DNA of 64,000 nucleotides from NCBI GenBank assembly GCA_018902845.1, contig JAHIPV010000017.1, forward strand, positions 16,438 to 80,437, written 5' to 3'. This document shows positions 1 through 8,210 of this stretch, in pieces. The DNA comes from Patescibacteria group bacterium (GTDB taxonomy: Bacteria; Patescibacteriota; Microgenomatia; UBA12405). Position 1 is the first letter of the stretch, and each line of letters opens with the position of its first letter. Both the position numbers and the translations under genes were made by a program. The notes beneath the pieces were generated by a model. That model made no database searches. It saw nothing but the letters and a program-made list of their open reading frames with translations, and was not told the origin of the DNA.

Positions 1-585
1 AATAAGCTTAAATTAATAAAAAAATCATCAACCAATATAATAATTACCCCAAAACCAATAAGCCAAGCTTTCAAATACGCCAAACAAAATAACGCCTATT
101 TCTTACGCCAATCAACCGATCCATCTGCTATATCTGGTTACAAAAAAATAGGCAAAGAAATCATGTCTCAACTGCCCCAAATCACCAGTCTCTTTGCTCC
201 TGTTGGTAGCGGTACCACTCTTTTTGCTATCTCACAATCCATTCCCGATTCAATAAAACTATTCGCTATTCAGCCCGCCTCACATACTCCAATAGCCTCA
301 GTTTTTGATAAAAATTTTTATAAAGAAACCAAAAGTTCAACTAATTCTTTGTCAGCCAAATTCCTACCGCTAAAAAATAAACTTATTAAGGCCATAAAAA
401 AAACCAAAGGCTCTGGATTAGTTATCCAGGAAAAACAACTGCAAATTGCTAAAAAAATTCTTCAAAAACAACAAATTTTTACCTCAGCTGAAGGATATTT
501 AACCTTAGCCGGCTTTCTTAAAACTAAAAATAAATGTCAGCCAGGAGACTATCCCGTCATTTTACTAACCGGCACTAACAGATGA
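1..585 (+). CDS. PLP-dependent fold-type II enzyme (threonine synthase/cysteine synthase-like), 5' truncated by window edge
   Basis: Frame open from base 1; PVGSGT phosphate-binding loop, SAEG..TLAG, C-terminal VILLTG. Confidence 0.7.
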   Translation, partial: NKLKLIKKSSTNIIITPKPISQAFKYAKQNNAYFLRQSTDPSAISGYKKIGKEIMSQLPQITSLFAPVGSGTTLFAISQSIPDSIKLFAIQPASHTPIASVFDKNFYKETKSSTNSLSAKFLPLKNKLIKAIKKTKGSGLVIQEKQLQIAKKILQKQQIFTSAEGYLTLAGFLKTKNKCQPGDYPVILLTGTNR

Positions 586-1742
586 AACTCAAACAAACAA
601 TCAATCTTATTAACAAATCCAAAATTAATTTTTATTTCCTTGTCGTTGACAATTTTCTTGATATAGATCTGCCTTTTTTAAAAAACTTTCATCTTATCTA
701 CGCCTACACACCCCAAAAACCACCAAAATCACAATTCTTCTGTCTCCAGCAAAACGATATCAAGCTAAAACAAAAAAACAGTGGCAAACTTTTGGCCAAT
801 CCAAAAGTCATAAACTATATAAAACAAACTTCGTTTCAAAACAATTCTCAACCCGCCATCATTCCTTTTAAACCATCAGGAAAAATTTCTCATATTTGCC
901 AAGAAAATAACTGGCTTCAGATAAGTAACTCAAGCACCTTAAACAGATTATTTGAAAACAAGTTTAAATTTATAAAAATTTGTCAAAACAATAAAATAAC
1001 CACCATACCATCTTATATCGACAAATTTAATTCAAACAATTTCAAAAAATATCAATTCCTCTTTAAAAATAAAAATCTGGTAATTCAAAAATCTTTCGGA
1101 TGGGCTGGAAAAGGCACCTTTACCGGTAATCAATTCAAAAAAATAAAAAATAAAATAACTTCCCAAAGCATAGTAAAATTTTCACCAAAACTATCCGGTT
1201 ACACTCTTCTTAATAATTGTTGTATTTTTCACTCACGCTTAATCCAAAGCCCTCCGGCACTACAATTTACCGGCATCCCTCCTTTTACAAAAAATCCACT
1301 GACAACCGTAGGCAGACAATGGCCTTGCCTTACTTCTACAAAGGTTAAAAATCAAGTCAAGGCAATCACCTTGCAATTTTCACAAATCTTGCTTAAATAC
1401 AATTACCAAGGTTTCTTTGGACTTGATTTTTTTGTCAACCAAAAACAAAAAGTTTTTCTTCTTGAATGCAATGCCAGACTAACAGCCTCTTTTGCTTTTT
1501 ATACTCAAATAGAACTAAAAAACAACATTCTCCCGCTTTTCATCTTACACTTAGCAGAATTTTGCCAAATTCCACTAAAAGTCAATATCAAAAAAATGCA
1601 ATCTCGTTTTTCTTCAGCCAAAATAACGGGATCCGAAATCACCTATAAAGACCAATCGGGAAACACAAAAAGAAAAATCAACGCATTCACCAAATTCAGC
1701 CAATCAATCAATCCTCCTATTATCAAAATTCATGAAAAATAA
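582..1742 (+). CDS. ATP-grasp domain protein (putative peptide ligase)
   Basis: GWAGKGT loop, GFFGLDF and LECNARL motifs typical of ATP-grasp enzymes. Confidence 0.75.
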   Translation: MKLKQTINLINKSKINFYFLVVDNFLDIDLPFLKNFHLIYAYTPQKPPKSQFFCLQQNDIKLKQKNSGKLLANPKVINYIKQTSFQNNSQPAIIPFKPSGKISHICQENNWLQISNSSTLNRLFENKFKFIKICQNNKITTIPSYIDKFNSNNFKKYQFLFKNKNLVIQKSFGWAGKGTFTGNQFKKIKNKITSQSIVKFSPKLSGYTLLNNCCIFHSRLIQSPPALQFTGIPPFTKNPLTTVGRQWPCLTSTKVKNQVKAITLQFSQILLKYNYQGFFGLDFFVNQKQKVFLLECNARLTASFAFYTQIELKNNILPLFILHLAEFCQIPLKVNIKKMQSRFSSAKITGSEITYKDQSGNTKRKINAFTKFSQSINPPIIKIHEK

Positions 1743-2808
1743 AAAACAAAGAAACTTTATCCTACCCATTGCCTATATCCTTGTCGCAATCGGATTTATA
1801 TTTGTATCACTTTCGTCACTCTCGGAAGCAAACTCAATTTCGTCTGATAAATTTTTACTTGTAAAAAAACAACTACTCTGGATATTAACCGGATCTGTTT
1901 CATTCCTGATTGCTTCAAAAATTAATCTAAAATTATTACAAAAATACTCAACTCACTTATTCATTTTGTCAGTTATTAGCCTCATTTTGGTTTTGATTCC
2001 TAATTTTAGCCAAAGCATTCTTGGTGCAAAAAGATGGTTACAACTAGGCCCAATTTCGTTTCAACCTACAGAAATATTTAAACTAATAAGCATAATTTAT
2101 TTCTCCGCTCTCTTCTCAAAAGAAAAAACCAGAAATATTCAATCATTGTTGTTTTCCATCACCATACCTCTTTTTTTGATCATGGCTGAACCAAGCATGA
2201 GTACAACAATTTTAATATCTGCCATCACACTAAGTATTTATTACCTGTCTGGAGCTAACACAATTCAGCTGTCTTTACTGTGTCTGTTGGGCGCTACGTT
2301 AAGTTTCATTATCGTTCTTCTTTCGCCATACAGAAATGCTAGATTAAATACGCTTTTAAATCCACAAAACGATCCCTCCGGAAGCTCATATCATAGTAAA
2401 CAGAATATTTTAGCCCTGGCTTCGGGGGGATTGTTTGGAAAAGGCATAGGTAACTCAAAACAAAAATACAGCTTTCTTCCACAACTTAGTACCGACTCAA
2501 TTTTTGCCATAATAGGGGAGGAAACCGGCTTTGTTGGATCAACCATAATCCTTTCGCTTTATTTTTTACTTATCAACTCAATCTTTAGCATTTCCAAAAA
2601 CAGTAAAAATCAGTTTCACCAGCTTCTTTGTTCTGGCACGGCTTGTTGGATTGCTTATCAAAGCATCGTCAATACTGCCGCCATTTCAGCTGTCATTCCG
2701 TTAACCGGTATTCCATTGCCCTTTATTTCATATGGCGGTTCTTCATTAATTTGCTTACTTTTTTCTATCGGCCTAGTTTACAATATTTATAAAACCAATG
2801 AAAATTAA
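1732..2808 (+). CDS. ftsW: Peptidoglycan polymerase FtsW
   Basis: SEDS motifs GAKRW, FQPTE, TDSIFAIIGEE, PLTGIPLPFISYGGSS; upstream of murG. Confidence 0.9.
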   Translation: MKNKKQRNFILPIAYILVAIGFIFVSLSSLSEANSISSDKFLLVKKQLLWILTGSVSFLIASKINLKLLQKYSTHLFILSVISLILVLIPNFSQSILGAKRWLQLGPISFQPTEIFKLISIIYFSALFSKEKTRNIQSLLFSITIPLFLIMAEPSMSTTILISAITLSIYYLSGANTIQLSLLCLLGATLSFIIVLLSPYRNARLNTLLNPQNDPSGSSYHSKQNILALASGGLFGKGIGNSKQKYSFLPQLSTDSIFAIIGEETGFVGSTIILSLYFLLINSIFSISKNSKNQFHQLLCSGTACWIAYQSIVNTAAISAVIPLTGIPLPFISYGGSSLICLLFSIGLVYNIYKTNEN

Positions 2809-3892
2809 AAAAACTATTTTTATCTTATTCCTAACCCCGCTTTTTCTTCTGATTCCAAAAACCTCTTTTGCCATCAGATCAAATCCACTAATCATAGATC
2901 ATACCTCAATTCAGGAATTCGACCAAATCCCAACATATTGGCTCAACCAGGCAAAAACCACGCTTAAAATTGCCTACGGACATACTTCGCATGGCAGTCA
3001 AATAATCACCGGAATGAATATGCTTGGTTCTTCTTACGCTTATTTCGATGATTATTATTACTACAAATTTGGTTCTAACAACCCAAAAGCTCCCGACGGG
3101 ACACTCTCGCTTTGGGATCAAAAAATCGAAGGCGCCAGCGATCTTGGCAACCCAGATCGCACTGCATGGAAATCTGCCACCGAAAACATGTTAGACAGTT
3201 CACAGTATGGTAATCGAAACACAGTCATTTGGTCGTGGTGCGGACAAGCTGATACCACTGACACAAACATTGACCTTTATTTAAGCCAAATGAATGAATT
3301 GGAAAATAAATATACCAATACCACTTTCGTCTATATGACCGGACACCTAAACGGAACCGGTACCAGTGGCAACCTTAATCAGCGCAATCAACAAATCAGA
3401 AATTACGTCAAACAAAACAACAAAATTCTCTTTGATTTTGCCGATATCGAAAGTTACGATCCCAACAATACCTTTTATCCAAACGCCAGCGATGGCTGTG
3501 AATGGTGTTCCAATTGGTGTTCGTCACACTCCTGCCCATCGTGCACATCTTGCGCTCACTCACATTGTTTTAATTGCTACAACAAAGGAAAGGCTTTTTG
3601 GGTCATGCTCGCCAAAATAGCCGGATGGAACGACAACGAAACTAATCCAACCAATGCTCCCACTTCCATCAACCAATGCCCAGCAGACAAACCACCAAAA
3701 TCCACCGGCAACGCCGATTGTAATGACTATATAAACATCTCTGATTTTGCCATCTGGAAAAAAGAATTTATAGAATACAGAAAACAATCTATACCAACCA
3801 ACAATTATCAATCAGACTTTAACAACGATCAAAAAATAAACATCTCTGATTTCGCCATCTGGAAAATTAACTTCCTACAATCAAAAAATTAA
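2798..3892 (+). CDS. Secreted protein with putative SGNH-like hydrolase domain and C-terminal dockerin-like Ca-binding repeats
   Basis: Signal peptide; YGHTSHGSQ motif; Cys-rich stretch; Pro/Thr linker; two DxNxD..INISDFAIWK repeats. Confidence 0.55.
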   Translation: MKIKKTIFILFLTPLFLLIPKTSFAIRSNPLIIDHTSIQEFDQIPTYWLNQAKTTLKIAYGHTSHGSQIITGMNMLGSSYAYFDDYYYYKFGSNNPKAPDGTLSLWDQKIEGASDLGNPDRTAWKSATENMLDSSQYGNRNTVIWSWCGQADTTDTNIDLYLSQMNELENKYTNTTFVYMTGHLNGTGTSGNLNQRNQQIRNYVKQNNKILFDFADIESYDPNNTFYPNASDGCEWCSNWCSSHSCPSCTSCAHSHCFNCYNKGKAFWVMLAKIAGWNDNETNPTNAPTSINQCPADKPPKSTGNADCNDYINISDFAIWKKEFIEYRKQSIPTNNYQSDFNNDQKINISDFAIWKINFLQSKN

Positions 3893-4944
3893 TGCAAAAA
3901 ACCAAAACGATCCTTATAACCGGTTCTCACCACACACCCGCTATTGAACTGATAACTCAGTTAAAAAAAGATAAAAATTATAATTGGAAAATAGCATATA
4001 TCAGCCATCTTTACCCAACCGAAACTCATATAGAAAAAACTATTCTCCCAAAATTAAAAATTGATTTTTACCCGCTAAAATCAGGAAAATTACACAGACG
4101 TTATCTGCCATACACCATAAGAGATCTGCCAAAAATCCCATTAGCCATTTTTAAAGCTTATAAATTAGTCAAGACAATCAAACCAGATATCACTGTCTCC
4201 TTTGGTGGCTATATCTCAGTCCCTGTAATTATCGCTTCTGCAATCAACAAAGTTCCATCTATTACCCACGAACAGACCTTAACTATCAGCCTATCCACCA
4301 AAATCAACAGTTTCTTTGCTAACAAAATAGCTCTATCTTTTCCCAACACCAAACACAAACTACCCAAAAACAAAGTTGTTGTTACTGGAAATTTACTCAG
4401 ACGGGAAATCTTTAAAACAACCAGCCAAAAATACCAAAAACTTGGCAAAACTCCACTCATCTATGTAACTGGAGGCAACCAGGGATCGAAAATAATCAAT
4501 CAAAATCTTTCAAAAATTCTCAAAAATTTAAATCAAAAATTTACCATTATTCACCAAACCGGTATAAATAAACTAAAACAGATTAATCTTTCTAACTATC
4601 ACCCCACTCAATATGTAAACCTAAACGACATCGGCTGGATATTAAATCGAGCCCAAATTATCATCAGCCGTTCCGGTGCCAATATCTGCCAAGAAATAAT
4701 TGCTCTCAAAAAAAACTCCATTTTAATTCCTCTCTTCAAAAGCCAACAAAACGAACAGCTCAAAAACGCTCTTTGGACCAAAAAACAACTACCTCAAAAA
4801 ACAATCATCATCCAACAAAAAAATCTAAATTCATCAAAGCTTATTCAGTCTATTGATAAGCTTTCTTTAAACAAACACCAACAAAACCCAATTCCAATTC
4901 AAATAAATTTTAAACTTTTAAAACTAATCCATGAGCTTGTTTAA
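3892..4944 (+). CDS. murG: MurG GlcNAc transferase
   Basis: SFGGYIS, HEQ, TGN, TGGNQGS, ISRSGA motifs; dcw context. Confidence 0.9.
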   Translation: MQKTKTILITGSHHTPAIELITQLKKDKNYNWKIAYISHLYPTETHIEKTILPKLKIDFYPLKSGKLHRRYLPYTIRDLPKIPLAIFKAYKLVKTIKPDITVSFGGYISVPVIIASAINKVPSITHEQTLTISLSTKINSFFANKIALSFPNTKHKLPKNKVVVTGNLLRREIFKTTSQKYQKLGKTPLIYVTGGNQGSKIINQNLSKILKNLNQKFTIIHQTGINKLKQINLSNYHPTQYVNLNDIGWILNRAQIIISRSGANICQEIIALKKNSILIPLFKSQQNEQLKNALWTKKQLPQKTIIIQQKNLNSSKLIQSIDKLSLNKHQQNPIPIQINFKLLKLIHELV

Positions 4945-5314
4945 AAAAACAACGGTTCTTATCTCAGCATTTGTATTGTTATTTTTTTTAAGACTTTTTC
5001 TACAAAACACTAAACATATGTCCACTCCCAAATCAGACCAAAACAAACAAATTGAACTGATTAACGATGCTTTACAAAAAAGCAATTTTAAATCCATCAA
5101 CAACATAACAATTAATAACATTCAAAAATTCTTTCAATTTCAGAGCAAAAATGACGAAAAAATTAGTACCATCATACTAGATTTAGAAAAAGATCCCTAT
5201 CTCCAAATTACAACCTTACAAAAAGCTTTCAAAATAGCTAAGATTAATAACAAATACATTAAATTTGTTAACCTAAGTATTAGACATCCATATGCAACAC
5301 TCAAAAATTATTAA
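4931..5314 (+). CDS. Small bitopic membrane protein, probable reduced FtsQ/DivIB
   Basis: Single N-terminal TM helix; position between murG and ftsA; C-terminal YIKFVNLSIRHPY recalls the FtsQ DLR..P end. Confidence 0.45.
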   Translation: MSLFKKTTVLISAFVLLFFLRLFLQNTKHMSTPKSDQNKQIELINDALQKSNFKSINNITINNIQKFFQFQSKNDEKISTIILDLEKDPYLQITTLQKAFKIAKINNKYIKFVNLSIRHPYATLKNY

Positions 5315-6533
5315 CGCCATCGATGTAGGATCATCAAAAATCACTACCATTATCGGGCAATATTTCCCCGAAGAAAATAAACACAACATCGTAGCTGTAT
5401 CTTCATCACCCGCCCTAGGTTTCAGAAAAGGCCAAATAATTAACCTGGAGCAAGCTACCCAAACCATCACTAACAGTATCGAATCAGCCGAAAGAATGGC
5501 AGGTTTCCAAATTAAATCTGCCATTGTCTCAATAGCTGCTGACCACATAGAATCAATCAATTCTCAGGGTGTAGTTGCCATCAGTGACCAAAGCGGGGAA
5601 ATAAATAATCAGGACATAGAAAGAGTAATAGAAGCCGCCAAAGCCATATCTATTCCAAACAATAAAGAAATAATACATGTTATACCAAGAAAATTTACAG
5701 TTGACGGACAAGAAGGAATATTAGATCCGCTGGGAATGAGTGGCGTAAGGCTTGAGCTAGAATCACATCTGATTCTAGCTTCCAGTCCAGCCATCAAAAA
5801 TATTGAAAAATGCTTCGACGAAATCGGCGTTAAAATCAGTTCTCTAATTTATTCTGGTTTATCTGCAGCCAAACTAGCACTAACTGATACAGAAAAAGAA
5901 CTTGGAGTAGCTCTAATAGATATGGGCGGAAGCGTTACCACACTAACTATATTTAACGAAGGCTCACCGTCTTACTCAAAAGTTATTCCCATAGGCGCAA
6001 ACAATGTTACAAACGATCTTGCTATAGGACTCAGATTTTCAATCGATGACGCTGAAAAAATTAAAATCAAGCTTAATAAAATCTGTAAAAATCAAAAGTT
6101 TGAAGATGAAGTAGACACCAGTGATTTTGAATTAAACTCTGGTCAGGGCCAAAAAATATCAATACAAACTTCGGTAGCCGGAATCATCAAACCTCGTTTG
6201 GAAGAAATCTTTGAAATTATTGACACTGAAATCGAAAACAGCGGTCTTCGTACCGCTATTCCAGCCGGTATCGTATTAACCGGAGGCGGAGCTTTAACCA
6301 TCAATGCGCCCGAAATTTGTTCCAATACAATTCCACTTCCCGTAAGAATTGCCGTACCAAAAAAAATAGGCGGATTAGTAGACAACATACTTAACCCGGC
6401 CTACACCAGCTCGATTGGTTTGCTCATGTATGAATTGGAAAATAACCAACCTGTTCAAAAAACAAAAAAAAGAACTCCCATAAACAATATTTTTTCCAAA
6501 ATAAAATCAATGATCGCCCCCTTACTACCTTAA
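5292..6533 (+). CDS. ftsA: Cell division protein FtsA
   Basis: IDVGSSK, DMGGS, LTGGGA actin-like motifs; upstream of ftsZ. Confidence 0.95.
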   Translation: MQHSKIINAIDVGSSKITTIIGQYFPEENKHNIVAVSSSPALGFRKGQIINLEQATQTITNSIESAERMAGFQIKSAIVSIAADHIESINSQGVVAISDQSGEINNQDIERVIEAAKAISIPNNKEIIHVIPRKFTVDGQEGILDPLGMSGVRLELESHLILASSPAIKNIEKCFDEIGVKISSLIYSGLSAAKLALTDTEKELGVALIDMGGSVTTLTIFNEGSPSYSKVIPIGANNVTNDLAIGLRFSIDDAEKIKIKLNKICKNQKFEDEVDTSDFELNSGQGQKISIQTSVAGIIKPRLEEIFEIIDTEIENSGLRTAIPAGIVLTGGGALTINAPEICSNTIPLPVRIAVPKKIGGLVDNILNPAYTSSIGLLMYELENNQPVQKTKKRTPINNIFSKIKSMIAPLLP

Positions 6534-6611
6534 AAAAACTTTAAATATTTAAAAATTAGTTTAAAAATTTAAAATTATTTGGAAATTTGAATTTTAGATT
6601 TAAATTAAATT

Positions 6612-7823
6612 ATGGCTTTAATCAAAACTCTTGCAGGTCAATTCGCCAAAATCAAAGTACTTGGAGTAGGTGGCGGAGGCAACAATGCCGTCAATTACAT
6701 GGTCTCTAATGACACAATTAAAGGCGTCGAATTTGTTGCCATAAACACTGACTCACAAGTCTTACTAAATTCAGTGGCGCCAATAAAAATACAGATTGGA
6801 GACAAATTAACTCGTGGACTGGGAGCAGGAGGAGACCCAAAAATAGGACAAAAAGCAGCCGAAGAATCGAAAGAAAAAATCAAAGAAATACTAACGGGCA
6901 CCGATATGGTATTTATTTGCGGTGGTATGGGAGGAGGAACTTGTACAGGAGCAGCGCCCGTTATTGCCCAAATTGCAAAAAAAGAATTAGGCATACTTAC
7001 AATTGCGGTAATCACCAAACCATTTCTATTCGAGGGAACCAGAAGAATGACCAATGCCCTCGAAGGCATTTCACAATTAAAAGATAACGTTGATACTCTG
7101 GTGGTTATTCCCAATCAAAAAGTAATGGAAATAGTCAACAACCAAGCAACATTACTTGAAGCTTTTAAAATCGCAGATTCAGTCCTAAACAAAGGGACCA
7201 GAGCCATTTCCGAACTGATAACTATCCCTGGTCTAATAAACCTTGATTTTGCCGACATAAAATCAGTTATGGCCAATGCTGGCACAGCACTTATGGGGGT
7301 AGGGGAGGCAAAAGGAGAGAAAAAAGCAATCAGAGCAGTTGAATTAGCCATAGACTCACCGCTGGTAGAAGTTGACATTTACGGCGCTAGAGGAATTCTG
7401 CTAAATATAACCGGAGGACCGGATATAACCATGGCCGAAATCGAAGAAACTGCCAAAGCCATAACCGAAAAAGCGGCCCCAGACGCCAACATAATCTTTG
7501 GCGCCACCATCGATCCTTTGTTAAAAGACAAAATAAAAGTTACCGTTATAGCCACCGGTTTTGACAAAAATAAAAACAGAATAATACATCAAAACACAGT
7601 CCCAAAACCAATACTACAAGCCTCACAAACCACCATTCCAACAAGCCAAACCTCCAAAACAAAACAAACAGACGAAGACCAATACAATCAACTAACACCG
7701 TCAGCCACAGAAGAAATAAACCAAGAAGAAATAGACAAATTTCTAAAAGACAGAGACATACCCCAAGGCGTTGATATCATCGATACCTACGACATCCCCT
7801 CCTTTTTGAGAAAAAACAAGTAA
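6612..7823 (+). CDS. ftsZ: Cell division protein FtsZ
   Basis: GVGGGGNNA, GMGGGTCTG, NLDFAD, C-terminal DIPSFLRK. Confidence 0.97.
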   Translation: MALIKTLAGQFAKIKVLGVGGGGNNAVNYMVSNDTIKGVEFVAINTDSQVLLNSVAPIKIQIGDKLTRGLGAGGDPKIGQKAAEESKEKIKEILTGTDMVFICGGMGGGTCTGAAPVIAQIAKKELGILTIAVITKPFLFEGTRRMTNALEGISQLKDNVDTLVVIPNQKVMEIVNNQATLLEAFKIADSVLNKGTRAISELITIPGLINLDFADIKSVMANAGTALMGVGEAKGEKKAIRAVELAIDSPLVEVDIYGARGILLNITGGPDITMAEIEETAKAITEKAAPDANIIFGATIDPLLKDKIKVTVIATGFDKNKNRIIHQNTVPKPILQASQTTIPTSQTSKTKQTDEDQYNQLTPSATEEINQEEIDKFLKDRDIPQGVDIIDTYDIPSFLRKNK

Positions 7824-7829
7824 CGCTAC

Positions 7830-7914
7830 TGTCATTGCGTTCTTGTAGGGGCGACCCTTGCGGTCGCCCGCAGACATGGCAACCTATCCACCTCAGGAAA
7901 ATCCCGTAGGGATT
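7830..7914. repeat. Composite REP-like palindrome (GTCATTGCG...TGGCAA..TCCCGTA shell with nested GTAG-type hairpin); near-copy at 53085-53170
   Basis: GTAGGGGCGACCCTTGCGGTCGCCC identical at 7845-7869 and 53104-53128 with similar flanks. Confidence 0.85.
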
Positions 7915-7937
7915 TTAATCACAAAATTTTTCTATTC

Positions 7938-7966
7938 TTGAATTTTATCCATTTCATTGCTAACAT
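7938..7966 (+). promoter_or_regulatory. Putative sigma70 promoter for the ileS leader
   Basis: TTGAAT - 17 bp - TAACAT with extended -10 TG at 7958-7959. Confidence 0.55.
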
Positions 7967-7975
7967 AAAGCAACA

Positions 7976-8008
7976 GTGAAACAAAAAAGTATATCCATTA
8001 TTAACTAG
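7976..8008 (+). CDS. Putative ileS attenuator leader peptide MKQKSISIIN
   Basis: GTG-started 10-codon ORF with Ile codons ATA, ATT, ATT directly before hairpins and a terminator. Confidence 0.5.
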   Translation: MKQKSISIIN

Positions 8009-8043
8009 CCATAATCTCATTTAGTTGAGATTAATGGCAATTT

Positions 8044-8070
8044 AAAATCCTTCAATTGAAGGATTTTTTT
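8044..8070 (+). terminator. Intrinsic terminator in the ileS leader
   Basis: Perfect palindrome AAAATCCTTCAA-TTGAAGGATTTT ending in a T7 run. Confidence 0.75.
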
Positions 8071-8081
8071 AGTTAATTCAC

Positions 8082-8175
8082 TGTCATTTCGAGCGAAGCC
8101 GAGAAATCTCCTAACCTCTGAGCTCGAAAAAAACATGAGAAGTCAGGAGATCCCTCCACTTCGGTCGGGATGACA
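8082..8175. repeat. Inverted pair of GTCA-type REP-like units
   Basis: TGTCATTTCGAGCGAAGCCGAGAAATCTCCT ... AGGAGATCCCTCCACTTCGGTCGGGATGACA. Confidence 0.75.
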
Positions 8176-8210
8176 ACCATAAAATCTACATAATCAAGTA
8201 AAATAAATAA

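Noticed and set aside
7967-8070. T-box riboswitch upstream of ileS
   Set aside because: An AGTA-containing 5' segment is suggestive, but no TGGNACC T-box bulge precedes the terminator and the leader is short; a uORF attenuator fits better
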